Under the pieces are notes generated by a model. It was not told where the DNA came from. It did no database searches and saw only the letters and a list, made by a program, of their open reading frames with translations. Position numbers and translations under genes: made by a program. A DNA stretch of 42,130 bases from an uncultured bacterium (lineage in GTDB: Bacteria; Caldisericota; Caldisericia; B22-G15), in the NCBI GenBank assembly GCA_965612865.1, contig CBFDTJ010000003.1:1-42130 (forward strand), given 5' to 3'. Shown here piece after piece: positions 25,630-35,665 of the stretch (positions are counted from its first letter, which is position 1; each line of letters starts with the position of its first letter).

Positions 25630-26904
25630 ATGGAGAAAAGCTTGATAAGTCATATGATGGATGAGGAAAGGGCTGTAATGGAGGCAGAGAGGTGCCTTTT
25701 CTGTTATGATGCTCCGTGCGAAAAGAAATGCCCTGCCCATCTTCCAATATCACGATTTCTGTTTATGGTAAGGAGCAAAGATTTCGTTGGAGCAACGAAA
25801 CTTGTTAGAGATGCTCACGCTTTTATAAACACAGCTGGATACGTTTGCCCTGAAGAGATTCTATGTCAGACTGCATGCACAAGAAGTCAGATTGACTCTC
25901 CTGTAAACATAAGGGAGGTACACAGATTCCTCACAGATAACTTTGATGTGGAAAGATACCTTTCTCTTCCAGCAATGGATAAAGAGGAGATAGCCATAAT
26001 TGGAGGAGGTCCCTCTGGTCTTTCGTGCGCCTTTGAGTTGAGAAAAATGGGATACAAACCTGTTGTGTTTGAAGAAAGTGAGTTAGGAGGTATTCCAGTT
26101 CAGGAAATATTCGAAGAAAGGCTCCCTTATGGAGTTATTAGAAAAGATACTGACTTTATCGTCAAAAATTTCGTCTACGAAATTAAAAGGGAGAAGACTA
26201 CCGAGATAAAACCACTATTAAACAAATACAAAGCAGTGTTTATAGCGATTGGACTTACAAAAGAAACAGAACTTAAAATTAAAGGAATGGAACTTAAAGG
26301 AGTGTACAAAGCAAGGGATCTCTTAAGAAAGATAAAAAGAAAGGAAAACTTACCAGACCTTGGCGAAAGAATAGGGATTATAGGAGGAGGAAATGTAGCC
26401 CTGGAAATAGCAAATACACTTAAAACTCTGTTTCCCGATAGAGAGGTTTTAATAATATACAGAAGAGGACTCTCTGACATGAAAGCGTTTCCCGAAGAGA
26501 TAGAAAGAGCAGGAAGAATTGGTGTTAACTTCTATTTCCAGTCCATTCCAGAAGAGATTGTGGGAGAAGGAAAGGTAGAGGGAATAAAAGTAAGTCAAAC
26601 TAAACTGGTAAAAAGGGATGAGTCTGGTAGAAGAAAGCCAGAAAGAATAGAGAGAAGCGAGTTCGTAATACCTCTTACATCTCTTATTACTGCTATAGGT
26701 CAAAAGATTGAGGAGGTTTTCCCTGAAATAGAGAAAGAAAGGGGTGTAATAAAAGTTAATGAAAACTTAATGACAAACATTCCTGGAGTCTTTGCAGGAG
26801 GAGATGTGATAAACGGAGGAGACACAATTACAAGGGCAGTAGGGGACGGGAAAACTGCAGCAAAGAAAATAGATGAGTATTTAAGGAGGAAGAAAGATGT
26901 TTAA
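25630..26904 (+). CDS. preT: PreT/GltD-like Fe-S flavoprotein (dihydropyrimidine dehydrogenase subunit family)
   Basis: EAERCLFCYDAPCEKKCP, VCPEEILCQTAC, GGGPSG, GGGNVA, FAGGD. Confidence 0.82.
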   Translation: MEKSLISHMMDEERAVMEAERCLFCYDAPCEKKCPAHLPISRFLFMVRSKDFVGATKLVRDAHAFINTAGYVCPEEILCQTACTRSQIDSPVNIREVHRFLTDNFDVERYLSLPAMDKEEIAIIGGGPSGLSCAFELRKMGYKPVVFEESELGGIPVQEIFEERLPYGVIRKDTDFIVKNFVYEIKREKTTEIKPLLNKYKAVFIAIGLTKETELKIKGMELKGVYKARDLLRKIKRKENLPDLGERIGIIGGGNVALEIANTLKTLFPDREVLIIYRRGLSDMKAFPEEIERAGRIGVNFYFQSIPEEIVGEGKVEGIKVSQTKLVKRDESGRRKPERIERSEFVIPLTSLITAIGQKIEEVFPEIEKERGVIKVNENLMTNIPGVFAGGDVINGGDTITRAVGDGKTAAKKIDEYLRRKKDV

Positions 26905-28129
26905 AAGAAAGGATTTATCTATAGATTTTCTTGGTATTCATCTTGAGCATCCATTTATTCTATCTGCCTCCCCTCCCACAGATGAACTTGAAATGGCAAT
27001 AAACGGGCTTGAAGCAGGCTGGGCAGGTGTAATACTTAAGACAACCTCTGTAGAGGGAACTGAGGTTGATCTAAAGTATCCCATGATGTCTTCATTTGGT
27101 ACTACATCTAAAAGGATAGTGGGACTTGGTAATATTGACCTTATATCAAAATATCATATTGATGAGGTGGAAAAGAGGGTAAAGATACTTAAGGAAAGAT
27201 TTCCAGAAAAACTCGTAGGGGCAAGCATAATGGGGGCAAAAAAAGAAGACTGGCAGACTCTTGTTTATAGGCTGAAAAAGGCAGGTGTGGACCTTATTGA
27301 ATGTTCCTTCTCATGTCCTCAGGGAAGTATGGGAGAGAGTCCTGGAAGAATGCTTGCCCAATCTGTTTCAGCCACAGAAAAGGTTACAAGATGGGTGAAG
27401 GAGGCAGCAGGTGATACTCCTGTGCTTATAAAGATAACCCCACAGGTAACAGACATAGTAGAGGTTGCAGAAGCTGTAAAAAGAGGTGGAGCAGATGGAA
27501 TAACTGCGAGCAATACCATTCCTTCAATACTTGGAATAGATATATACTCCTTCGAACCCTATCCTACAGTTTTCGGGAAAAGTTCCTACTCAGGTCTATC
27601 TGGAAACGCCATAAAACCTATAACTCTAAGGACAATAGCAGAGATTAAAAAGAATGTTGATATAGTAGTCTCTGGAAATGGCGGGGCATATTCATGGAGA
27701 GATGCTGTTGAAATTATGCTTGTTGGTGCAAGCAATGTACAGTTCTGTACTCTTCCCATGCATTATGGCTTTAGGGTAATTGAAAGTCTTTTGAGCGGAC
27801 TATCCCATTATCTTGAAGAGATGAATTTCTCCTCTCCCATGGATATAGTGGGTAAGTCCCTTCCAAGGATAATACCCAACGAGGAACTTCCAGAAATAGA
27901 AGTCAAAGCACATATTGATGAAGATAAGTGTGTTGGGTGTGAACTCTGCTATGTATCCTGTAGAGATGGAGGACACATGGCAATAGAATTGAGGGAAGAT
28001 ACAAGAGTTCCCAGAATCAATGAAGATAAGTGTGTTGGATGTGCAATGTGTATGCAGGTCTGCCCTGTAAATGCAATTCATATGGTGGAAAAGATGGATT
28101 CTAAGGAACATAGATTTGTAAGGAAGTAG
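26897..28129 (+). CDS. preA: PreA-like FMN subunit with C-terminal 2x[4Fe-4S] (dihydropyrimidine dehydrogenase family)
   Basis: LSASPPT, GWAGVILKT, FSCP, KITP, SGLSGNAIKP, CVGCELCYVSC..CVGCAMCMQVCP. Confidence 0.85.
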   Translation: MFKRKDLSIDFLGIHLEHPFILSASPPTDELEMAINGLEAGWAGVILKTTSVEGTEVDLKYPMMSSFGTTSKRIVGLGNIDLISKYHIDEVEKRVKILKERFPEKLVGASIMGAKKEDWQTLVYRLKKAGVDLIECSFSCPQGSMGESPGRMLAQSVSATEKVTRWVKEAAGDTPVLIKITPQVTDIVEVAEAVKRGGADGITASNTIPSILGIDIYSFEPYPTVFGKSSYSGLSGNAIKPITLRTIAEIKKNVDIVVSGNGGAYSWRDAVEIMLVGASNVQFCTLPMHYGFRVIESLLSGLSHYLEEMNFSSPMDIVGKSLPRIIPNEELPEIEVKAHIDEDKCVGCELCYVSCRDGGHMAIELREDTRVPRINEDKCVGCAMCMQVCPVNAIHMVEKMDSKEHRFVRK

Positions 28130-28131
28130 AA

Positions 28132-28599
28132 ATGAAAACTATTAAGATAAATTTTGTGCTTAACGGGGAGGAAATTGTAGATGAGGTACCTGTGAACATA
28201 ACTTTACTTGATTACTTAAGGGATTATCTCCGTCTCACCGGTACAAAGGAAGGTTGTGGAAAAGGAGAGTGTGGGGCATGCACCGTTATAATAAACGGAA
28301 GGAGCGTAAATTCCTGCATGGTTCTTATTCCTCAGGTGGACGGGAAAAATGTTTTAACAATTGAAGGACTGTCAAATGATGGAGTTACTGAAATTCAGGA
28401 AGCTTTTGTAGAGGAAGGTGCAATACAATGTGGATTCTGTACTCCCGGAATGGTCATGAGTACATACTACTTACTATCAAAGAATCCTCACCCGGACGAA
28501 GAAGAAATAAGGGAAGGGCTGTCTGGAAATTTATGTAGATGCACAGGCTACAAAAAAATCATAGAAGCTGTCAAAAGAGCGAGTGGGGGTAAGAAATGA
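28132..28599 (+). CDS. Mo-hydroxylase [2Fe-2S] subunit (XdhC/CoxS family)
   Basis: GTKEGCGKGECGACT, QCGFCTPG, GNLCRCTGY. Confidence 0.95.
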   Translation: MKTIKINFVLNGEEIVDEVPVNITLLDYLRDYLRLTGTKEGCGKGECGACTVIINGRSVNSCMVLIPQVDGKNVLTIEGLSNDGVTEIQEAFVEEGAIQCGFCTPGMVMSTYYLLSKNPHPDEEEIREGLSGNLCRCTGYKKIIEAVKRASGGKK

Positions 28600-29462
28600 A
28601 GGAATTTGAGTATCTGAAACCAAGAGATTTAAATGAAGCACTCTTTTTTGCCAGAGAGTACAAGCACAGGAAAAAATTTCTTGCAGGAGGCACAGATCTT
28701 ATTGTCAGATTAAAAGACAATCTAATTAGAGAAGACTACATTATAGATATAGGAGAAATCAAAGAACTTAAAGGCATAGAGAGGAAAAATGGTGAAATTT
28801 ACATTGGACCAACAACAACACACTCAGAGATAATTGAATCCCAGATAACAAAAAAGTATGCACCTTTGCTTGTGGAGGCAGTTAAAACTATAGGATCACC
28901 TCAGATAAGAAATAGGGGAACAATTGGTGGAAATGTTTGCAACGCATCTCCTGCAGGCGATTCAATTCCCGCCCTTGTGATCTCAGGAGCAAGATTTGTT
29001 ATAAAATCTCTTGATAATGAAAGAACCATAGATATAAAAGATCTCTTCCTTGGACCAGGAAAAACTTCCATAGGAGATGATGAGATACTTTACAGAATAA
29101 TAATACCTGAATGGAAAGAGAATGAGATCGGGTTTTTTAATAAACTCGGGCAGAGAAATGCCATGTCAATCTCCATAGCCAGCGTGGCAGTAAAGCTTGA
29201 GAGAGAGGAAGGTAACAAATTTAAAAAAGCATTTGTATCTTTTGGAGCAGTCTCTCCAGTGGTGAATAGAGCAACCCGGTGTGAGAATTTACTCACAGAA
29301 AGGGAACTAAATTCAAAAGATTACATATTTGAAGCTGCAAGTTGTGCTGTGAATGAAGTAAACCCAATAACAGACGTAAGAGCAACAAGAGAGTATAGAA
29401 GAGAGGTTTCAAAGTACTTACTCTATGAGAGTCTCCTGAACTTATTGAGGATTGGAGGTTAG
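28596..29462 (+). CDS. Mo-hydroxylase FAD subunit (XdhB/CoxM family)
   Basis: LAGGTDL, QIRNRGTIGGN, ASPAGD, PITDVRAT. Confidence 0.95.
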   Translation: MKEFEYLKPRDLNEALFFAREYKHRKKFLAGGTDLIVRLKDNLIREDYIIDIGEIKELKGIERKNGEIYIGPTTTHSEIIESQITKKYAPLLVEAVKTIGSPQIRNRGTIGGNVCNASPAGDSIPALVISGARFVIKSLDNERTIDIKDLFLGPGKTSIGDDEILYRIIIPEWKENEIGFFNKLGQRNAMSISIASVAVKLEREEGNKFKKAFVSFGAVSPVVNRATRCENLLTERELNSKDYIFEAASCAVNEVNPITDVRATREYRREVSKYLLYESLLNLLRIGG

Positions 29463-29466
29463 TCAT

Positions 29467-31782
29467 ATGAAAATAAAGGTTGAGAAACCTATTAAAAAGA
29501 AGGAAAGATGGATTGGAAAAAAGGTCCCGCAGGTTTTATCCAATGAGAAGGTTACAGGAAAACTTAAATATCCATCAGACATATACCTTGAAAATATGCT
29601 ATGGGGAGCAGTTGTAAGGAGTAAATATCCCCATGCAGTAATAAAGAAAATAGACGCGACAAAAGCTGAAAACTTTCCAGGTGTGGTAAAGGTTCTTACC
29701 TGGAAGGACATACCAGGAGTAAACGGTTTTGGTATAGTTGTGCAGGATCAACCTGTCCTGTGCAAGGATAAAGTAAGGTATGTGGGTGATGCAGTAGCAC
29801 TTATAGCAGCTGAAACCAGAGAAACCCTTTCCAAGGCAAAAGAGCTTGTAGAGGTAGAATATGAGGTGCTTCCCCCTGTTACAGACCCCTTTGTTGCTAT
29901 GAGAGATGATGCTCCAAAGGTGCACAGAGACGGAAACATACACCTTCACACTGTGATAAATAAAGGAGACATAAATAAAGGATTTGGTGAGGCAGATTTA
30001 ATCATTGAAAATGAATACAGAACAGGAAGACAGGAACATGCATATCTTGAAACAGAATCTGGTGTTGCATACTATGATGAGGATACTGACCTTCTTACTG
30101 TATGGTGTGGAGGGCAGTATGCATTTAGAGACCAGGCTCAAATCGCAAGAGTACTTGCCCTTGACCCAAGAAAGGTGAGGGTTATTGCTAACCCTCTCGG
30201 TGGAGGTTTTGGTGGAAAGGACGAGATAACCACACAGATACATCTTGCTCTTCTTACATATCTCACAAAGAGACCTGTAAAAATGGTTATTTCCAGAGAA
30301 GAATCCATGATTTTCTCATGGAAGAGACACCCAATGATTTTAAAATATAGAACAGGCGTTAAGAAGGATGGAACTCTTATAGCAAACGAAGTATATATCT
30401 ACGCCGACACAGGAGCTTATGCTTCTCTTGGCGGACCTGTGGTAAATCTTGCTGTAGAACATTCCTGCGGTCCATATAGAATACCAAATACACATATAGA
30501 GGGCTTTTGCATATATACCAATAACGGAGTCTCTGGTGCCTTCAGGGGGTTCGGTGTCAATCAGGTAACCTTTGCCATGGAATCTCAAATGGACGAAATT
30601 GCAAGAAAACTCAACATGGATCCAGTGGAGTTAAGAAGAAAGAATATCTTAAAGAGGGGAGAAGAAACAGGTATTGGGAGTAAGATTGAAACCAGCATGG
30701 GTCTTGACATAATTTTAAAAGAAATGGAAAACTCTTCTATTTATAGAGATAGAGCTAAAGAGGAAAATTTGGATAAAAAACCCTGGATAAAAAGAGGAGT
30801 TGGTGTAGCAATCTCATATCAGGGAACAGGACTTGGAGTTGGACTTCCAGATTATGGATCTGCCTGGATAGAAATGAGAAAGGATGGCGGATTTAATGTA
30901 TTTGCAGGAAATGTGGATGTGGGACAGGGACTTCAGACGAGCTTCAAACTCATCGCTCTGGAAACACTCTGTTTGAGGGATGAAAGGAAAGTCCATATAA
31001 TAACAGGAGACACCCATCTTACACCTGACTCTGGCACCTCCACTGCGTCTGCAGGAACATATAGAGGCGGTAAAGCAATCCGTATGGCAGGAATAAAAAT
31101 GATAGATTTACTAAAAAAACACGCTTCCAGAATGTTGGGCGAGAATAAGGAAAATCTTGAAATAGAGGATGGAACCATCTTTGTAAAGGACAATCCGGAT
31201 AGAAGGATAAGCTATGAGGAACTTGGAGAAATTCTATTTAAGAAAGGAAGGCTTCCAAAAACTGAAGGGCACTTCTATTTCCCCACATCAAAAACAAAAA
31301 TACCAGGTGCTTTTGGCCTTCCCCATTACATTTTTAGTTTTTCAGGAAGCGTAGCCCTTGTTGAGGTAAACACCCTAACAGGCAAGGTAAATCTTGTAAA
31401 AGCTGTAAATATAATCGACGGTGGGAAGGTAATTAACAAACTTGGTTTTGAGGGTCAATCTGAAGGTGGAATAGTTATGGGTATGGGCTATGCTCTTACA
31501 GAAGATACCATAATAAAAGATGGATACTTCCTTACAAAGAACCTCTCCACATACATAATCCCCACCATAAAAGATGCACCTAAAGAGATAGAAACAATAC
31601 CTGTGGAGACATATGAGGAGCTTGGTCCTTTTGGAGAAAAGGGAATAGGAGAAACTGTAATGGTTCCCATAGCTCCAGCAATAACAAATGGAATCTTCGA
31701 TGCAGTGGGGGTAAGAATAAGGCAGATTCCTGCCACTCCTGAAAGAGTCTTTTGGGCTATCAGAAAGAGGGAAAATAAATAA
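29467..31782 (+). CDS. Xanthine dehydrogenase family molybdopterin-binding subunit
   Basis: KVTG..Y, QEHAYLE, GGGFGGK, AFRGFG, GQG, GQSEGG, KGIGE. ATG 29467 follows GGAGG. Confidence 0.95.
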   Translation: MKIKVEKPIKKKERWIGKKVPQVLSNEKVTGKLKYPSDIYLENMLWGAVVRSKYPHAVIKKIDATKAENFPGVVKVLTWKDIPGVNGFGIVVQDQPVLCKDKVRYVGDAVALIAAETRETLSKAKELVEVEYEVLPPVTDPFVAMRDDAPKVHRDGNIHLHTVINKGDINKGFGEADLIIENEYRTGRQEHAYLETESGVAYYDEDTDLLTVWCGGQYAFRDQAQIARVLALDPRKVRVIANPLGGGFGGKDEITTQIHLALLTYLTKRPVKMVISREESMIFSWKRHPMILKYRTGVKKDGTLIANEVYIYADTGAYASLGGPVVNLAVEHSCGPYRIPNTHIEGFCIYTNNGVSGAFRGFGVNQVTFAMESQMDEIARKLNMDPVELRRKNILKRGEETGIGSKIETSMGLDIILKEMENSSIYRDRAKEENLDKKPWIKRGVGVAISYQGTGLGVGLPDYGSAWIEMRKDGGFNVFAGNVDVGQGLQTSFKLIALETLCLRDERKVHIITGDTHLTPDSGTSTASAGTYRGGKAIRMAGIKMIDLLKKHASRMLGENKENLEIEDGTIFVKDNPDRRISYEELGEILFKKGRLPKTEGHFYFPTSKTKIPGAFGLPHYIFSFSGSVALVEVNTLTGKVNLVKAVNIIDGGKVINKLGFEGQSEGGIVMGMGYALTEDTIIKDGYFLTKNLSTYIIPTIKDAPKEIETIPVETYEELGPFGEKGIGETVMVPIAPAITNGIFDAVGVRIRQIPATPERVFWAIRKRENK

Positions 31783-31799
31783 TCGAACATCTGTTTGGG

Positions 31800-31827
31800 T
31801 TGACAAGTTTAAACTTTGTTATAAAAT
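31800..31827 (+). promoter_or_regulatory. sigma70-type promoter with no downstream protein gene
   Basis: TTGACA (31800-31805), 16-nt spacer, TAAAAT (31822-31827); palindrome AAGTTTAAACTT (31805-31816). Confidence 0.65.
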
Positions 31828-31832
31828 TTTGG

Positions 31833-31954
31833 ATTTGGAGGGTTTGATTTGACTTAATGTCACTTCAATGCCCACCATAGGGCGCTTTGAAGCAACCCTC
31901 CCCCTCACCCTCCTCCCTCCCAAGGGTCAGGAGAAAGAAGTCCCTGGCCCTTTC
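31833..31954 (+). ncRNA. Candidate small structured RNA (unassigned family)
   Basis: GC-rich island after the promoter: three-way junction, C-rich tail and terminal hairpin. G-U pairs favour the + strand. Confidence 0.55.
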
Positions 31955-31957
31955 CCA

Positions 31958-33877
31958 TTAAAGAATAAGGTTTAATATTCCACCAAGAAGAACTGCAAAG
32001 ATCATTTCAGAAAGGGCAATAAGGGTGGCATATTTCCATCCCATTTCTCTCTTTAAAGCTGCAAAGGTTGCAATGCAGGGAAAGTAAAAAAGAGTTATGA
32101 CTGAATAAATTATGAGTTGCTTTGGAGTCATAACCGTGATAAGTTTCTCTGTGCCAAAAAGAGTAAATAGCATAAACAGAGTAAGCTCTTTTCGTAGAAT
32201 TCCAAATATAAGAGTTATGCTTGTTGAAGGTGGAAGTCCAAGAAATTTCGTAAAAAATGGGGAAACAAAAGCTACAAAACCGTCTAAAAAACCGAAAACC
32301 TTCAGAATCTCAAGAAGGAAACTTCCAATAACTATTATTGGAAAGGCAACATACATAAAATCCTTTAATCTAAACCATGTCTGCTTTAAAACAATGGAGA
32401 GAGTTGGTTTTCTTAGAGGAGGTACCTCCATTATCAAACCAAGACTCTTACCCGGTACAATTTTTGATAAAAATTTTCCCACAAGAAAAATAACAATAAA
32501 ATCTATTACGTAAACTATAATCACATATTTAAATCCGAGAAATATACCAACAAGACCTAAAATAACTATTGTTCTTGCAGAGCATGGAACAAGTGTTGCA
32601 AGTACGCTTGCAAGAAATTTCTGTCTCTTTGTCTCCAGTATCCTTGTTCCAAGAACTGCTGGTACATTACACCCGAATCCAAGAATTAAGGGAAGGAATG
32701 CCTTTCCGTGAAGACCTATGGTATGCATAACAGAGTCTGTAAGGAAAGCGATTCTCGCGAGATAACCAGAATCTTCAAGCAGAGAAAGGAGGAGGTAGAA
32801 AGGAGCAATATATGGAAGTGCTACGCTTATACCACCCACTATTCCCTCTCCAATTCCATCCCACAGTATGTCCTTTAAAGAGGGCGAAATGGATGTTGAA
32901 TAAAAAGTGCCCTTCAACCACTCAAAAAATACATCAAGATAACCGGATACGAAATCTCCAAACTTAAATATTCCATAGAACAGAAGAAAGACGCTTAAGA
33001 TAAGGGAGAAATAGCCAAAAACCGGGTGTAAAAGAATCCTATCAAATATATCTGAGAAGTATTTTTTAATTCCTCTTCTTACTCTCTGAACTTCGTCTGT
33101 TAACTTCTTGGCAATATTATACTTCTCCTGAGAAATAATGAGAGATATATTCTCACCGTGAATATCCTCAAGCTCCTTTGATAATCTACTTACTGCATCT
33201 ATTATTGCCCTATCCTTTATAATTCTCCTTACCTCTGGGTCTCCTTCAAGAAGTTTTATTGCCATCCACCTTTTGGGATAGGGGAGACCTTCAGGAAGAA
33301 TGCTCACAAGCTTATTAATCCTTTCCTCCACCTCTTTTCCATACTTTATATTTATAGGGTTAAGTCTGATTTCTCCATTGTAAACTTTGATGCATGTCTC
33401 AACAAGTTTTTCTATGCCTTTACCCTGAACAGCAATCATTGGAACCACAGGAACTCCAAGGATCTTCTCAAGTTTCTTAGCGTCTATCTCAAAACCAAAC
33501 TTTTCGGTTAGATCCATCTGATTTAAGGCAACAACAACATTGGCTTCAAGCTCAAGAAGTTGAAGTGTAAAGAAAAGATTTCTCTCAAGATGAGTTGCAT
33601 CAATAACATTTATTACAATGTCTGGCTTTTCCTTTGCTATAAACTCTCTTGTTATGAGTTCTTCTTCTGAATATGTGGTTAGTGAATATATTCCCGGGAG
33701 ATCTATAACTCTAATGGTGCAGTTTTTGTAGTAAAGTAGACCTTCCGCTCTTTCAACAGTCTTTCCAGGCCAATTACCAATTATTTGATTTGAACCAGTT
33801 AGCTGATTAAAGATTACGCTTTTACCTACATTGGCATTGCCTGCAAGGGCAAATACTATCTCCTTCTTCTCACCCAT
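31958..33877 (-). CDS. feoB: Ferrous iron transporter FeoB
   Basis: GNANVGKS, GNWPGKTVE, DLPGIYSL, LEDSGYLAR, GFGCNVP, PCSAR, YFPCIAT. Confidence 0.96.
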   Translation of the reverse strand: MGEKKEIVFALAGNANVGKSVIFNQLTGSNQIIGNWPGKTVERAEGLLYYKNCTIRVIDLPGIYSLTTYSEEELITREFIAKEKPDIVINVIDATHLERNLFFTLQLLELEANVVVALNQMDLTEKFGFEIDAKKLEKILGVPVVPMIAVQGKGIEKLVETCIKVYNGEIRLNPINIKYGKEVEERINKLVSILPEGLPYPKRWMAIKLLEGDPEVRRIIKDRAIIDAVSRLSKELEDIHGENISLIISQEKYNIAKKLTDEVQRVRRGIKKYFSDIFDRILLHPVFGYFSLILSVFLLFYGIFKFGDFVSGYLDVFFEWLKGTFYSTSISPSLKDILWDGIGEGIVGGISVALPYIAPFYLLLSLLEDSGYLARIAFLTDSVMHTIGLHGKAFLPLILGFGCNVPAVLGTRILETKRQKFLASVLATLVPCSARTIVILGLVGIFLGFKYVIIVYVIDFIVIFLVGKFLSKIVPGKSLGLIMEVPPLRKPTLSIVLKQTWFRLKDFMYVAFPIIVIGSFLLEILKVFGFLDGFVAFVSPFFTKFLGLPPSTSITLIFGILRKELTLFMLFTLFGTEKLITVMTPKQLIIYSVITLFYFPCIATFAALKREMGWKYATLIALSEMIFAVLLGGILNLIL

Positions 33878-34431
33878 ATCCTTTGCGCTATTCCTCTTCC
33901 AAGAGCAAGATGATAACCCCTCACAGAGATCTCAATGGGACCAAAGGGTGCCCTTCTTATAACCTTAATTCTTGTGCCTGGTGTAAGCCCCATATCAAGG
34001 AGCCTTTGCACCATCCCTCTTCCTCCTCTTATCGAAACGACCTCTCCCTCATCCCCTGCGGACAGAGACAGAAGTGTAACAATGCTTCCTTCACCAAATC
34101 CAAAAACTCCCCTAAGCCTCTCTTTTCCTTCGTCCGGGAGAAAATGCTCAAGCTCACAGGCTTCTTCATCAGCCTTCTTTTTATCAATTCCCAACTCCTT
34201 CAAGAATTTCTCCAGAATATCATGTTTCTCTGCTATATTCCTTCCCTCTCTAAGACCAACTGAAGTTGGGACAATCTTCCCGTTATTAAAAATGTCTATC
34301 TTGCCTTCCTTCTTAAGTTCATCAAGAATAGAGGATAGGTCGGGAAAATCAAATTTATCCCTGATTTCAGGTATATAGCTGTATCCTTTCCTTGCAAGAA
34401 ACTCAAGAATCTCTTCCTTTTCTTTTTTCAT
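33856..34431 (-). CDS. DtxR/MntR-like metal regulator fused to FeoA
   Basis: wHTH-like N-terminus, KHDILEKFL..EEACELEH dimerisation motif, RLLDMGLTPG..APFGPI..LALGRG FeoA domain. Confidence 0.85.
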   Translation of the reverse strand: MKKEKEEILEFLARKGYSYIPEIRDKFDFPDLSSILDELKKEGKIDIFNNGKIVPTSVGLREGRNIAEKHDILEKFLKELGIDKKKADEEACELEHFLPDEGKERLRGVFGFGEGSIVTLLSLSAGDEGEVVSIRGGRGMVQRLLDMGLTPGTRIKVIRRAPFGPIEISVRGYHLALGRGIAQRIWVRRRR

Positions 34432-34471
34432 ATGCCAATCTCATTATAACATAATTGAAAAAATTTTTCTT

Positions 34472-35665
34472 TTATCTCACCATTCTTGATAGCACGAATA
34501 TGAGAAATGAGACACCTGCTACATCTCCTAAACTTGTTATTATTGGTATCACAATGTTGCTTGGGTCAAGGTGGAAGAAAAAGGAGAGGGAGGAAATAAT
34601 TACAGAGAGGAAACTCATGGAGACGGAGAGTATTGTAATGGAAATAGAGGAAAGCATTACCATAAAGGGAAGTGACATTGAATCCATATGAAATAATTTA
34701 AGGAGAAAAAAGACAAATATACCAACTAAAGGAGAAATTATTATTCCAACAATGCTACCTCCAGATAGGTTGCCTATAAGTGTTTTATCCAGCTTAAAGG
34801 GCTTTGTCTCTCCCATATACAGGGCAGTTGACATTCTCGCACCCACCACTCCACCGATACTTCCTCCTTTTTCTACAACCTGAGGTACAAGTGACAAGAC
34901 TCCTGGAAACATAAAAAAGAGATGCTCGTTTGATCTAAGTATTGTACCTGAAATGGCAGAAAGTATGACACATATTGTCAATATAGGAATACTTTCTCTT
35001 ATTATCCTTGAAAAGGAGTATCTATCCTTTTTTGTTCTCATACCCATGGAGAGTACACCTAATAAAAATATAAGGGGTAGAAATCTTGAAGAGATGTGTG
35101 GTAAGAATCTTAAAACAATCCTTGCTGAAATAAGAATAGCAAGGATTGTGATGATGTCTCCAAACATGGGAAGAATTGGAGCGATCACATTATCTGGATC
35201 AATTCCCTTTTTAAAGAAGAAAACCGTAAGGAAGAAGACAAAGGGTATAAGTATGGTTGATGATATAAAGGCACTTAAAATTGCTATGAGCGTAAGTCTG
35301 AAGACACCTACAGACCCTATATGAAGAAGAAGAGAAAAGCCATGTGCAATAAAACCTAAGAATATAGCCATCCCAATACTTAAGCTAAAGGAAACAAGTA
35401 TATTTTCCTTCACAAGAGAAGAAAGTCTAAATAGTGGTTTAATAAAACCTACATGCAGCATTGTGCTTATACGGGAGCCAAAGGCTGTCCCGATGTTTCC
35501 CCTCATATCTGTTATAGCAGGTACAAGTATAAGTAAACCTGGAAGTAGTTTTAATTCCTCCTCCATGCTCCCAAGAAATATTCCTGTGAATCCCTCTCCT
35601 ATGGTGGTTAAAATAAGCACCGGCAGGGTCTGGTAAAGAATACTTAAGAAAATGCTCTTTCTCAT
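34472..35665 (-). CDS. MgtE/SLC41-type divalent cation transporter (two membrane repeats, archaeal type)
   Basis: RGNIG..GSRIST..IDPDN..GD and GGSIG..GARMST..LDPSN..ITSLGD; no CBS domains. Confidence 0.85.
   Translation of the reverse strand: MRKSIFLSILYQTLPVLILTTIGEGFTGIFLGSMEEELKLLPGLLILVPAITDMRGNIGTAFGSRISTMLHVGFIKPLFRLSSLVKENILVSFSLSIGMAIFLGFIAHGFSLLLHIGSVGVFRLTLIAILSAFISSTILIPFVFFLTVFFFKKGIDPDNVIAPILPMFGDIITILAILISARIVLRFLPHISSRFLPLIFLLGVLSMGMRTKKDRYSFSRIIRESIPILTICVILSAISGTILRSNEHLFFMFPGVLSLVPQVVEKGGSIGGVVGARMSTALYMGETKPFKLDKTLIGNLSGGSIVGIIISPLVGIFVFFLLKLFHMDSMSLPFMVMLSSISITILSVSMSFLSVIISSLSFFFHLDPSNIVIPIITSLGDVAGVSFLIFVLSRMVR

Noticed and set aside
13917-31782. Selenocysteine recoding in Fe-S or Mo enzymes
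   Set aside because: ORFs are full length with no in-frame TGA at Cys positions
31857-31880. Mini-ORF MSLQCPP in the candidate sRNA
   Set aside because: GGAGG is ~15 nt away and paired in P1; no coding support
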